64,000 nt of DNA from the IMG/VR virus record IMGVR_UViG_3300023278_002893, positions 233,726 through 297,725 of that record. One strand, given 5' to 3'. The translations under genes and the position numbers were made by a program. Below the pieces are notes generated by a model, which saw nothing but the letters and a program-made list of their open reading frames with translations, had not been told where the DNA came from and did no database searches. How positions within the stretch are numbered: position 1 is the first letter of the stretch; each line of letters opens with the position of its first letter. Shown piece after piece: positions 17,466 to 27,252 of this stretch.

Positions 17466-18044
17466 ATGTCCAACCCCATCGTATCGAATATCACACTAGC
17501 AACACAAGCAGAGGTCGATGCTTTCAGGGGCACCTCGGTAACGGGGAACCTTACGATCAGCGGGGCTGACATCACGAACCTCGGCCCGCTGTCTTCGGTG
17601 ACCTCGGTCGGAGGAGACCTGTACATCGACAGCAACGACGCACTGACGAATCTCCTCGGGCTGGGCGGCATCACTTCGGTCGGAGGAGACCTGGACATCT
17701 CCGACAACGCCGCGCTGATGAATCTCGACGGGCTGAGCGGCATCACCTCGGTCGGAAGTGACCTGAGGATCGAAACCAACTTCTGGTTGACGAATCTCGA
17801 CGGGCTGGGCGGCATCACTTCGGTCGGAGAAAACCTGTATATCCTTGACAACGACGTGCTGACGAATCTCGACGGTCTGGGCGGCATCACTTCGGTCGGA
17901 GGAGGGCTGGACATCCGCTCCAACGCCGCGCTGATGAATCTCGACGGGCTGAGCGGCATCACTTCTTCGCTCGGAGGAAGCCTCAATATCTCGAATAATG
18001 CGGTCGGTGATAAGATAGCACGACTAAAGAAACTCATTCACTAA
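17466..18044 (+). CDS. receptor-L-domain-like leucine-rich repeat protein with 25-aa (75-bp) tandem repeats
   Basis: GAGGAG RBS; TLATQAEVDAF cap, then LxNLDGLxGITSVGGxLxIxxN repeated about 6 times. Confidence 0.8.
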   Translation: MSNPIVSNITLATQAEVDAFRGTSVTGNLTISGADITNLGPLSSVTSVGGDLYIDSNDALTNLLGLGGITSVGGDLDISDNAALMNLDGLSGITSVGSDLRIETNFWLTNLDGLGGITSVGENLYILDNDVLTNLDGLGGITSVGGGLDIRSNAALMNLDGLSGITSSLGGSLNISNNAVGDKIARLKKLIH

Positions 18045-18055
18045 GGAGAACCATC

Positions 18056-18274
18056 ATGTACGTATGGATCTGTTTTGTATCAACCATCGCCGCCCTCGGG
18101 CTGCTAGCCTTCGTCACAATCATGTGCTACCCGTTCAACCGATCAACTTCCATCCGAGTACTCGCCCGGGCAGAAGAGCCACCACACTGCACCCTCTGTG
18201 CCACCCGTCACTGGGAACTGGACGAAGGATGTCCAGTGAATGCAGAAGACGAGGTCGTCTTCGTTCTGAGTTAG
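18056..18274 (+). CDS. TM protein with small Cys/His motif
   Basis: AAGGAG RBS; N-terminal TM; HCTLCATRH. Confidence 0.65.
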   Translation: MYVWICFVSTIAALGLLAFVTIMCYPFNRSTSIRVLARAEEPPHCTLCATRHWELDEGCPVNAEDEVVFVLS

Positions 18275-18307
18275 ACAATCCCTAGAAGGAGAAATGAGGA
18301 GAGAGAC

Positions 18308-18679
18308 ATGAGTGGATGGCACGGAGACACCGAGCACTCGGGATTCAACCCCGACATAGCCAGCCATGAAGCCAGGTTTGGATCGGCGGTTGGCTGTACC
18401 TGCACCACTGGTAAGTGTGAGATCCACTGCGAGTGCGGCTCACACATCTCCAATCACCCCGAACACGTGCCTAACAGGCACGAGTTCAAGCCGTTGGGAC
18501 ACACTTCCAGCGAATCACTCGGCGAACCAGCAGAAATCACTACCCCACCCGATGAGGAAGTACCTCGCCGGTCAAATCATGCAGCACCTTTCTACTGTGT
18601 CGTGTGCCAAGAGCAACACGAACCAGGTCAGGTGCTGTGCAACAACGTACGTCGATTCGTGGAAGGAGAGTTGAAGTAA
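18308..18679 (+). CDS. Cys/His-rich protein
   Basis: AGGAG RBS; CTC...CEIHCECGSH; CVVC...C. Confidence 0.65.
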   Translation: MSGWHGDTEHSGFNPDIASHEARFGSAVGCTCTTGKCEIHCECGSHISNHPEHVPNRHEFKPLGHTSSESLGEPAEITTPPDEEVPRRSNHAAPFYCVVCQEQHEPGQVLCNNVRRFVEGELK

Positions 18680-19033
18680 CATGCACAGAGAAATACACTT
18701 GAGCACGAAGGAACTCGAATCCATCGTGATGGAACACTATGCTCGTGAAGGTCATGAGCCTCGATTGGTGCGTCTATTTCTGAATCAGCCGAGTTAGTAG
18801 GAGGGGAAGTACTTACCGGTAGGGGTGTAAGTAATCCTCACTGGTGCTTGGTAGTGCCTATCATTACGTTTGCTACCTGTCAGATATACACGAGGGGGGT
18901 TGTCCCCTCGTTTCTCGGGGATCGTCGCTAACGCTCCTCGTTGTTTCCTCACTTTGTGAGGAGCCTCGCTCTCGCTCGGTCGGTGTCACGAGCAAGAGCA
19001 TATATGTAATAGACACCAGGAGAACCATCAAAC

Positions 19034-19603
19034 ATGAGTGAGCAAACAGCCAAAGTTGATCGAACCACGGACAAGTACCGCCGGCAGTGCGAAGCCATCT
19101 GGGAGGATTACGCGCCCCATTCGGTCATCGAGGACTTCGTCGAGTGCATTCGATTCGACCCGAAGTCGACCCTCCTCGGTTTCGTCAATCTCACGATTGG
19201 AATCAAGACCGCATGTGGGCACATCGCGAAGTTCGGGGTGATTGGAATCAAGGTGAAGTGCCTCAATAGAAAGTTCATCCTCGACTTCCCGTCTCAGAAG
19301 TCGAAGACCGACGGCAACTACTACCCGGTCTGCTTTCCGTACACGCCGTGGGAGCGTGACGTGATCACCACCATGGTCATGAACACCGCCAGCGTGCAGG
19401 AAGCGGCGAAGCATGCAGAAGAACAGGCGAAGGCGAACGAAGTCGCGCAAGACACAGCCACACCCGTGGATGCCGTCCATGCCGAGGAGAACCTCTTCGG
19501 AGACGAACTCGATCTCGAACCCGCAACCGAGGTGCCCGCCGACCTGGATCTCTCCGAGGACACGGCAACCGCCGTCGCAAGTGAAAATCCGTTCGAAGCG
19601 TAA
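19034..19603 (+). CDS. SpoVG-like protein #2 with acidic tail
   Basis: LLGFVNLTI...GIKVK...FILDFPSQKSKTDGNYYPVCFP...RDVITTMVM; ends ENPFEA. Confidence 0.75.
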   Translation: MSEQTAKVDRTTDKYRRQCEAIWEDYAPHSVIEDFVECIRFDPKSTLLGFVNLTIGIKTACGHIAKFGVIGIKVKCLNRKFILDFPSQKSKTDGNYYPVCFPYTPWERDVITTMVMNTASVQEAAKHAEEQAKANEVAQDTATPVDAVHAEENLFGDELDLEPATEVPADLDLSEDTATAVASENPFEA

Positions 19604-19625
19604 GCACGACGCTCGGTAAGACTGG

Positions 19626-19655
19626 GGGGACCCCTAACGGGGTCCCCTTCTTTTT
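19626..19655 (+). terminator. intrinsic terminator
   Basis: GGGGACCCC-TAAC-GGGGTCCCC followed by TTCTTTTT. Confidence 0.85.
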
Positions 19656-19889
19656 GGCACCTAACTTTCAACCGGAAGAAGAAAGATGACTCGAAACATT
19701 TCTATCCGCACACTCCTGCTGAAATGGACGTGCGGGCTACACCAGTGGCCGTTTGATCCGCCGCTGAAAAATACCAATCACGAGGAGAACGAGATGAAGG
19801 ATGGGTACATGATTACGAATGGATTCATGAAGTATGGATTCACTTGACTGAGGCGGCCGCGAGAGCTGAAGCGGATAAGGAGTGACACC

Positions 19890-20117
19890 ATGAGTGTAGA
19901 AACGATCGAGTGGTGTCTTGTGATAGCTCTCATCGGCTTCATGGTGTGGGCGGTGTGGTATTGCATGGGCTATCCCAAGAAATGCCAGTATTGCGGAAGG
20001 GACATTCGCTGGTCGGAACGAAAGGATGTATCGGGACTTGCCAACATCATGAGACACAAGATGTGTGCTGATCGATATCGAGCAGAAATCGATATAAAAA
20101 TACGCAAACGATCGTAA
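19890..20117 (+). CDS. TM protein with CxxC motif
   Basis: AAGGAG RBS; TM; CQYC...HKMC. Confidence 0.65.
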   Translation: MSVETIEWCLVIALIGFMVWAVWYCMGYPKKCQYCGRDIRWSERKDVSGLANIMRHKMCADRYRAEIDIKIRKRS

Positions 20118-20131
20118 AGAGGAGGGTAGCC

Positions 20132-20500
20132 ATGAGTGAATGTCTCCGGTCATGTACCAGACTGTTGCGAGAACGAGATACCGTGGTAATACACAGTATT
20201 CTATGCCCCAATCGGGGACTGAAAGGATTCGACATGGTTGAGCCCTCCAGTAGGTGCCCAGAAGGTGTATGGACTATCATGATCTGGGTAGCAAGAGGTA
20301 TGCTTCGACCCGTACCTCTGGCCTTCATTCAAGAGCTGGGTGAGGGGAAATATCAAATAGCCACCAAAGGCATCGACGCCGAGGACATAGCCTTGGAGAT
20401 GCCGGAAGGATTCGAATCGCTAGCAGATCTACCGTCATTCGAAACTCCCGAAGCTGCCGCTGGTGCTCTTGAAGACTTCTACGAAAAGTATCCACCATGA
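20132..20500 (+). CDS. hypothetical protein
   Basis: GGAGG RBS. Confidence 0.6.
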   Translation: MSECLRSCTRLLRERDTVVIHSILCPNRGLKGFDMVEPSSRCPEGVWTIMIWVARGMLRPVPLAFIQELGEGKYQIATKGIDAEDIALEMPEGFESLADLPSFETPEAAAGALEDFYEKYPP

Positions 20501-20706
20501 TTGGAAAATCAACCCGACAACAAGTCAATACCGCCCTTCGAAAGGAAGCGTGGTATATCGTAGCCACGTTAGTAACGCTGTTAGTCGCACTACGCATCAT
20601 CTATTAGGGGATATCCCAGCGTGTGACTCATTCCTTGAATGCGCAAGGGTTGTTGCTTCATTTTGTGAGTTGTAATATTAACCTCCCAGAGTAAGGAGCT
20701 ACTACG

Positions 20707-20961
20707 ATGAATAACGGACAAAACTGTGAAGGAAAGAAGATGATCGCGGGATCTTTTGTTAGACCCCACGTGCTGGTCAAATTCGCCTTCACCTCGAAGC
20801 ACCCCAATGGCAGACCGAACGGGAAAACATTCATCCGGACATTCAAAGCTGACTTCCAACCTTCACGCGTTAGCGAGAAGCAGACGGTAAGTGAGCTGTG
20901 CGCGATGATCAGCGCCCAGCGTCCCGATGGCAAAGTGCTGGAAGTCGTTCGACGGGGATAG
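20707..20961 (+). CDS. hypothetical protein
   Basis: AAGGAG RBS. Confidence 0.65.
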   Translation: MNNGQNCEGKKMIAGSFVRPHVLVKFAFTSKHPNGRPNGKTFIRTFKADFQPSRVSEKQTVSELCAMISAQRPDGKVLEVVRRG

Positions 20962-20998
20962 ACATCCCAACCACACAAGTCAAATGAAGGAAGTCAGT

Positions 20999-21394
20999 AT
21001 GCACCATGTAATGGAGCAGTTCCAAGGTGAGATCTTTGTTGCGGGTATAATTCTCGCGTTCAGTCTCACAGGGGTCGTTGGTATTTACCGAGGACGGATC
21101 GAGCAACTCGTTGCCCGGAAACGACATCGGTATCTACCTCCCAACTCCCGAGTATTGGGGAACGATGGAGTTTATTACAGTCCCATCAACCGAGAGTTGG
21201 GAATACACATGACTATCCTGAGCTTCATGGCCCAAGTGGAGAACGGATTCATCGCTAACGGTGATGGCGAAGGTCGCTACGCCAACGTACTTGAGGAGAC
21301 CAACGTCGTTGTATTGCCATCGGACGTTACTACCTTCGGACGATTAGATCTGAGCTTCACCCACGTGGTGTGGTATCAGAAAGAAGGAAGCTAA
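20999..21394 (+). CDS. membrane-anchored hypothetical protein
   Basis: AAGGAAG RBS; one TM near the N-terminus. Confidence 0.6.
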   Translation: MHHVMEQFQGEIFVAGIILAFSLTGVVGIYRGRIEQLVARKRHRYLPPNSRVLGNDGVYYSPINRELGIHMTILSFMAQVENGFIANGDGEGRYANVLEETNVVVLPSDVTTFGRLDLSFTHVVWYQKEGS

Positions 21395-21397
21395 GAT

Positions 21398-21856
21398 ATG
21401 AATACCAACCCCGAGTATCTAGATCTGACGATCTTGGCAACCACCGCGTTGCTATTGGTTGTCATCTACATCTGGACAGCAGTCCTCAAGCCGGAAGCAG
21501 TGACCGACGCGACGCGAAGCATTACTCAGTGGTGGCGTGCCTGGAACTACAAGTGCGTCGACTGCGGCATCCAGCTGCCTTACGACAACGTAATCAGCCA
21601 GTGTACCGTTTGTTCAATCCAGTATGTGGGAGATACCGTCGAGTCCCTCTCAGTACCCTTCGATCTCGATACTCCCGTCTATCACGACCCTATTCCAGGA
21701 AGCGAATTCGTTCAGCTTCGCGACATACCGACCGGCGGGATTCCACTCCGAGCAGTGGTAGTTCCCAAGTGGGATGGGATCGAACGCCGACGGAATAGAC
21801 GGGTACCTTTCCGCGGGTCGATTGATATCCTCCGGCTTAACGATGGCAAAAAGTGA
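21398..21856 (+). CDS. TM + Zn-ribbon protein
   Basis: TM; CVDC...CTVC; C-terminal ERRRNRRVP. Confidence 0.65.
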   Translation: MNTNPEYLDLTILATTALLLVVIYIWTAVLKPEAVTDATRSITQWWRAWNYKCVDCGIQLPYDNVISQCTVCSIQYVGDTVESLSVPFDLDTPVYHDPIPGSEFVQLRDIPTGGIPLRAVVVPKWDGIERRRNRRVPFRGSIDILRLNDGKK

Positions 21857-22172
21857 TCGAATAGGTCGCAGCTGGGCCGCCTATGATGCATTCATGGGTA
21901 GGCCCAGCGCCGGTGCTCATAGAAAGGGCGCCGGCGGTGATACTAACGAATCGAGAGATCTAATCCACGAACATCGTGCCGAACAGGAAGAGGGCGGTAT
22001 CATCAAACACGAGCGCGTATCAATTACAACTCAGCCGATCGATATAGATGGAGAAGAAGGTATCACTACGGTGGTGGAGAATCATCTCGCCGCCAGTGGT
22101 ATCAACTACTCCGAAATTATCTCGATTAACGTTGAGGGTGGAGGCTGGGTACTCGTCGAATACAAGGAGTGA
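21843..22172 (+). CDS. hypothetical protein
   Basis: Overlaps the upstream stop; natural composition. Confidence 0.6.
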   Translation: MAKSDRIGRSWAAYDAFMGRPSAGAHRKGAGGDTNESRDLIHEHRAEQEEGGIIKHERVSITTQPIDIDGEEGITTVVENHLAASGINYSEIISINVEGGGWVLVEYKE

Positions 22173-22178
22173 GATGAA

Positions 22179-22391
22179 ATGAAGAAAACAATTCTGTTTG
22201 GACTGATGGTGGGGATGCTATTCCTCCTTACAACTCAAGTAAAGGTCAAAAGTATAGGACCTTGGACTTCGTACCGAGTGGTAAATACCATCGTGGATGG
22301 TGTCATCCGCGAAGCGGGAGCCTGGATCGCAGGTCCAAAGGTAAACGGAAAGGATGAGGAAGTGCCTGTTGACAGGCGAGCCGGGATATGA
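22179..22391 (+). CDS. small membrane/secreted protein
   Basis: AAGGAG RBS; MKKTILFGLMVGMLFLL. Confidence 0.65.
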   Translation: MKKTILFGLMVGMLFLLTTQVKVKSIGPWTSYRVVNTIVDGVIREAGAWIAGPKVNGKDEEVPVDRRAGI

Positions 22392-22434
22392 GTTCTTTGC
22401 CCAGCACAAAGAGGACGCAAAGGAGTAAGGTAGC

Positions 22435-22806
22435 GTGCAAACCGCCAAGAAGCATCTAGTCCGGTGGGTATGCTTGTGTGGGAACCTCATCAAGAAAGAA
22501 CCTCAGTTCGAATCACTGAAGCCCCAGACTCTACGAGCAGTAGGATCGTGTTGTCCCCATCTTATAACGAGACCGGGGATCGACTCTGTAATGCAAATCG
22601 TTGAGCTACCCATACGAGACGAACGACATCCGAAGGAGACAGTGATGGAAAATTCAAGGCGAGAGCCAGACCCGGGAGATTCTTTGGGTAAGGAGGAACC
22701 CGACATCGAGAGCCCCTTCTCTGATGATGACCTAGAAGGACTGACCGACGAGATTCTGCTCACCGAAGTGGTGAAGGAAGGAACCCCAGGAGTGGCGCTG
22801 CCATGA
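22435..22806 (+). CDS. hypothetical protein with acidic tail
   Basis: AAGGAG upstream; coupled to 22803..22985. Confidence 0.55.
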   Translation: MQTAKKHLVRWVCLCGNLIKKEPQFESLKPQTLRAVGSCCPHLITRPGIDSVMQIVELPIRDERHPKETVMENSRREPDPGDSLGKEEPDIESPFSDDDLEGLTDEILLTEVVKEGTPGVALP

Positions 22807-23037
22807 ATGGTGAAGCCCTGAATGACGTAGTTGGTGTCAAGTGTAGCCTCACGCGCTGCACCGATCTTACAGGGTGGAAAGGATGGGCCTACAAAACTGA
22901 TCCTTTCACTGGGGAAAAGAGCGGAATGCTGCGACAGGTCGTCGTATGTACCTACCACAGGTATATCTTGAGGGGTAAGGACTAAGATACCCTGAAAGAA
23001 ATGAAGAAGAAAGTCAAACTGAATAAAGGAGTGAAAA

Positions 23038-23235
23038 ATGAAACGTCTCTTAGTACTGGCGTTCATCACCAGTGTCACCATCGTGGCATACCAGAAGATT
23101 TATCCAACGGCGCCGGCCGAAAAGACTCCCGTGGTGGTGAAGGCTACGCCGAAACCACGTCCCTCCAGTCGCGCCGTGAGTATCTCACGGATCAACACGG
23201 ATGGAAGTGAGACCAAATTGTGGGACAAGAAGTAA
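23038..23235 (+). CDS. small secreted/lipoprotein-like protein
   Basis: AAGGAG RBS; MKRLLVLAFITSVTIVA. Confidence 0.65.
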   Translation: MKRLLVLAFITSVTIVAYQKIYPTAPAEKTPVVVKATPKPRPSSRAVSISRINTDGSETKLWDKK

Positions 23236-23489
23236 AACTAAGCAGTTGAGGTGCTCCACCTCTTGCACTTGAATCCCCAAGGTCGGGGTGGGTGTCCCAC
23301 TCGGGATACTCACCCCGATTAGTTTATACCACCGGTAGAAATATGAATCTCCTACAGGGATGAATTATTTCTACCCTCCATGGATTATATCAACTTAGTG
23401 GCCTAGTAATGCTTACTGGTGTGTATTGTTGCGCGATCCTGGTTGAACAGGTAGTTCCTTCTCGTTCCGACAGATAGGAGAGTATCATC

Positions 23490-23861
23490 ATGTGTAGTAC
23501 GTGTGACCTAGAATTACAAGAACCGTGCCCTCCAGAGGACAATCTGGGAGGCCACATACCCCTCAAGTGCGGACCCCAGAAAGATGGACACCCCGCCCAT
23601 TCCAACAGTGGCGCACACTGCCCCTTCTGCGAAGAAGAGATCTTGGCATGTGCTACATGTGGGGGCGCAGAAGGATCGCTTCCGAAACAGTGTCCGGGGG
23701 TCAAGATTTCCGAAGATGATCAGCAGTTGATCTACAAGGGAGTACTAGACTTCACCAGAGAGAGACGATGGCATGTTCGGGGGTGGAATTCTTGGGAGAC
23801 TCCCGATCTCCACAAGGAGTTCGAAGCCCGAGCAGCAGCCGAAAGGCTGAACAACGAGTAA
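23490..23861 (+). CDS. Cys-rich hypothetical protein
   Basis: AGGAG RBS; LACATCGGAEGSLPKQCPG; flanked by long hairpins. Confidence 0.7.
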   Translation: MCSTCDLELQEPCPPEDNLGGHIPLKCGPQKDGHPAHSNSGAHCPFCEEEILACATCGGAEGSLPKQCPGVKISEDDQQLIYKGVLDFTRERRWHVRGWNSWETPDLHKEFEARAAAERLNNE

Positions 23862-23968
23862 TCGCGAGGCACCCCGACTAATCAACTCAGTACATCTAAG
23901 TCGCCATGTTGGTAGCTTGGATGTGGTCGGGGTGTCTCCTGTTTTCGATAACGTATTGAGGAAACCAA

Positions 23969-25063
23969 ATGAATACCATCGCAGCTCTTTTGACCATACT
24001 TTGTATCGGTGATTCGATTACCGCGTGGGAGGATTCCTACTGCGATCAGTCGGTTCATCAGACCCTCAACGTAGGAGTCGATAGCACCCTCACAGAGACA
24101 TGGGCTGACCGTGCCTATTTCGATGAGTACGCTGGAACCGTGCTACTGGCTGAGAACATCGACGTTGTATCGATCCTGCTCTCGACCAATGACGCCTCTC
24201 GGGAGAAATCAGCAGAGAGCGTCGGCATGAACATGCAACTGATTATCGATTACCTGAAGGATTACGGTGTAGATAACATCGTGATCTCCCTTCCACCCTG
24301 GTTTCAGGATCCTACCAACTATTGGAGTAGCCTGTATAACCCATACTTGGTTGCGTCTCGTCCTGTTATTCTGGCAGTAATCGATGCCAATCCGGAGGTA
24401 AATCTCGGGGTAGATTGGACTGAGCTGGATTTACCCTTCCCCGAGATGTGGGAAGATCGAGTCCATCCCAACCCGGCAGGACATACGGTTGCGACGCCAT
24501 TCATGGACGCAGCGTTTGAGAGATACGTCCTGGAGCCTATCCCAGTTCCTGGGCTCAGTATAACGGCAATCAATAGCCTGACCATTATCCTCCTCGTGAT
24601 TGGGTATTACGGTTATTTGGAAAAGGCAAAAGCAGCGAGATCAAAACCTGACCGGAACTGGGTAGGAGTGCTTCCTCTTTTAGGCTCTACCATGTTGGGT
24701 CTGGTCGTCATCGCAGTTACGTTGTGGGGAAAACCCGCCCAAGGAAGGATCGACTATGCGCCTGTCTCAGCAGAACCTATCTGTCGTAATATGGCTTGGA
24801 TGTCGGGAGAAGGTATTTCCTGTGACTATGTCCCCAGTAAGGGTCAGGTACATTTGGTCTTCATCAGTTTTGAGTGGCATCTGGACTTCTGGTTAGAGCC
24901 CCTGGTGAGGCCGGTGTTGGATTCTCTTTGCGACGATCGTGCTGTTCACGAAATACGTGAAACAGTAGTGGATTTTGGATACACCCAAACTCGACTTGTT
25001 GCGTGTGATACCCGTTTGGGTGGAGCATGGAGCATCGTCGCAACAGGAGACGAAGATGAATAA
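23969..25063 (+). CDS. SGNH/GDSL hydrolase followed by an IPTL-CTERM-like segment and a second membrane-anchored domain
   Basis: ILCIGDSIT (block I), LSTNDA (block III), EDRVHPNPAGH (block V); PIPVPGLS-TM-KAKAAR. Confidence 0.8.
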   Translation: MNTIAALLTILCIGDSITAWEDSYCDQSVHQTLNVGVDSTLTETWADRAYFDEYAGTVLLAENIDVVSILLSTNDASREKSAESVGMNMQLIIDYLKDYGVDNIVISLPPWFQDPTNYWSSLYNPYLVASRPVILAVIDANPEVNLGVDWTELDLPFPEMWEDRVHPNPAGHTVATPFMDAAFERYVLEPIPVPGLSITAINSLTIILLVIGYYGYLEKAKAARSKPDRNWVGVLPLLGSTMLGLVVIAVTLWGKPAQGRIDYAPVSAEPICRNMAWMSGEGISCDYVPSKGQVHLVFISFEWHLDFWLEPLVRPVLDSLCDDRAVHEIRETVVDFGYTQTRLVACDTRLGGAWSIVATGDEDE

Positions 25064-25463
25064 GCGTAAGTTGAGTGAAATGGGAGTCTGGCTGGGACTC
25101 GTTGGTCTCCTTTGTTGGATCTGGTCGCCTGTATTTATGGCAAGAGGTGGTGAAATTGATCCGGCGGCCGAAAAAATCGTTACCCAGGTATCTGCCGAAC
25201 AGGGTACTGAGCTATCCGTTGAATCAGAACTCAACGATCGGATTACCGTGTTCTTCAGTAAAATCGGAGACCAACTCCAAGCTAACGTGGAGTTGAACCG
25301 ACGAGGAACACAGTTCCAGTGGGTCATTGATCGCCCACAGGACGGCACCAATACTCCCATCTACGTAGAGCTTGAAGGACCAGTCATCGCTCCTGCGAAG
25401 GGTGGCCGTAGCGGTGATCCCAAACACGTAAATACAGGAGCCGTCATAACTATCCGTTGGTGA
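25056..25463 (+). CDS. exported beta-rich protein, paralog A
   Basis: GGAG RBS; TM; shares DRITVFFS.IG.Q.QANVELNRRG with the next gene. Confidence 0.75.
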   Translation: MNKRKLSEMGVWLGLVGLLCWIWSPVFMARGGEIDPAAEKIVTQVSAEQGTELSVESELNDRITVFFSKIGDQLQANVELNRRGTQFQWVIDRPQDGTNTPIYVELEGPVIAPAKGGRSGDPKHVNTGAVITIRW

Positions 25464-25522
25464 TTGGTTGTTTCTTCGTTTCATGAATACCCAACTAGTG
25501 AGTAAATCGAAAGGATCGAATA

Positions 25523-25903
25523 ATGCAAGGTAAATACGTAATAATGTACACTCTGATGTTTCTCTTGGGGATCTTGCTGACCGCTCTGCATTCCCCGGCG
25601 CATCCGGAAGTAATCACCAACATCACCGCAGATGCGGGAGCTGAGATGGTTCTCGATGCGGATCCCGACGATCGAATCACTGTGTTCTTCAGCACGATCG
25701 GAGAACAGGTTCAAGCCAACGTGGAGTTGAATCGAAGAGGTGTGAGGTTCGGGTGGGTCATCGACCGCGCGCACGATGAAGCAGGTTTGCCTGTTTATAT
25801 CGACATCCAAGGCCCAATCATCGAGAAGGCCAAGGGTGGCCATTTAAGCAAGGGAGACCCCGCCAGAGTCAGGACAGGGGCTGTCGTAATTATCCACTGG
25901 TAA
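25523..25903 (+). CDS. exported beta-rich protein, paralog B
   Basis: Signal peptide-like N-terminus; homologous to 25056..25463. Confidence 0.75.
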   Translation: MQGKYVIMYTLMFLLGILLTALHSPAHPEVITNITADAGAEMVLDADPDDRITVFFSTIGEQVQANVELNRRGVRFGWVIDRAHDEAGLPVYIDIQGPIIEKAKGGHLSKGDPARVRTGAVVIIHW

Positions 25904-25918
25904 AGGAGCAGGAAAGAC

Positions 25919-26248
25919 GTGAGCGATGACGATATACCAGAGCAGCACCCGGTAGTGGAAACGATTGAGTCCTTCGAGATGGTATTTGACATCATCGCGG
26001 GGATTGGCGCAATTGGACAATTGAGTCCGTTAGAAGATCTGAAGCTGTCGAAGATTGCCAAACAGATCCACAATCTCCATGAGGAATTCGGTGATCGAGT
26101 TCGATGCGATGCGGGAGACGAGGATCCGGATTTGGTCAATCGAAGATTCGTCCGGCTGACTCACGATGTTGATGAAGGTGAGAGCGAAGTGGCCAGATTG
26201 GCACTCAAACAACTGGGAGGACTACCCTATCCAGGAAAACCCAACTGA
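25919..26248 (+). CDS. hypothetical protein
   Basis: AAGGAG/AGGA upstream of GTG. Confidence 0.65.
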   Translation: MSDDDIPEQHPVVETIESFEMVFDIIAGIGAIGQLSPLEDLKLSKIAKQIHNLHEEFGDRVRCDAGDEDPDLVNRRFVRLTHDVDEGESEVARLALKQLGGLPYPGKPN

Positions 26249-26286
26249 TCAGACCAACGAGTCTGACTATATCAAGTGAGAACATC

Positions 26287-26712
26287 ATGAAGAAAATAAG
26301 AGCAGCACTATTCGCCGGTTGGGATTCACTCACCGCATTGGCTCAGAATCCCGCCCTGAAGTCGGCGGAACCGTCGCAGGCGGACATCAAGATCCTGATC
26401 GAGAACCTGAACACTTTGGAGGAGATGATTCGCCAGGCGCGCTTCTTGGCCTCCAAACACGTCGAGACCATACGGTTCGCGCTCGGTGTGGAGACAGCCG
26501 CCAATGAGTATGAAGAGTTCAGTCACGGGCCTTGTTTGACTCGGGAAGAACTCCTCGCCTGCTGCGACTTGTCAAAACTCCCGAACGAAACGGCCCTGAT
26601 AAGGATCACTCGGAAGGGAAGGAGCGTCGTCTTCGATTCCGAGGCGATCCTCCTCAACAACGCGTGGAACAAGGTAGAAGGCGGCGCTCCCGCTCGAAGG
26701 ACAGCAGCATGA
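26287..26712 (+). CDS. hypothetical protein
   Basis: C-ending codon bias; ATGA overlap with the next gene. Confidence 0.65.
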   Translation: MKKIRAALFAGWDSLTALAQNPALKSAEPSQADIKILIENLNTLEEMIRQARFLASKHVETIRFALGVETAANEYEEFSHGPCLTREELLACCDLSKLPNETALIRITRKGRSVVFDSEAILLNNAWNKVEGGAPARRTAA

Positions 26713-27053
26713 AAAAGGTCGGGATAACCAAAGACTTTCCCGAACTGATGACCATCGCGGACGCGATCTTCGCCCACAAGGCGGAGTTCGTGCTCCCCGA
26801 TGGTAATCGGGTTCAAACTTGTATTTTCAAGAATACCCTCTACGCAGTAGATTACAAGGGTGTTCGTTACGTAGAGCAGAATCCAAAGACCAGTAGTGTT
26901 TTTGCTCAGCGGGTAAGAGAAGAAGGCGCTCGCATCCTTTGGGTTATTAGAACGCATAGGAAAATTATTGATGCGGCCGACAAAATTCAATACGTGCCTT
27001 GCGCGGATGAATGGTTGGGACGCGTTGAAGGTGATGTAATATTCATGAAATGA
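26709..27053 (+). CDS. hypothetical protein
   Basis: AAGGA RBS; start at the internal ATG of the track ORF. Confidence 0.7.
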   Translation: MKKVGITKDFPELMTIADAIFAHKAEFVLPDGNRVQTCIFKNTLYAVDYKGVRYVEQNPKTSSVFAQRVREEGARILWVIRTHRKIIDAADKIQYVPCADEWLGRVEGDVIFMK

Positions 27054-27252
27054 GAAGGAGAGCACATGAGTATTCGTAGCTTCCTCTCGGGATTCCTCCT
27101 GGGAGGAAGTCTTATTAGTGTTGGAAGCTATTGCTACTTCTACAGCTTAGGCTTCTTCGGGAAGATTAAGCTAGCATGGTGGATGTGGTCTGCCGAAATA
27201 CCGGGCTGGGAAAGAATGTTCGGATAACAAGAGTGAGTGAAAGGAGAGTGTT

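Noticed and set aside
17570-17990. DGR template/variable repeat pair
   Set aside because: The repeats are in-frame tandem LRR units, differences are not confined to adenines, and no reverse transcriptase is in the window.
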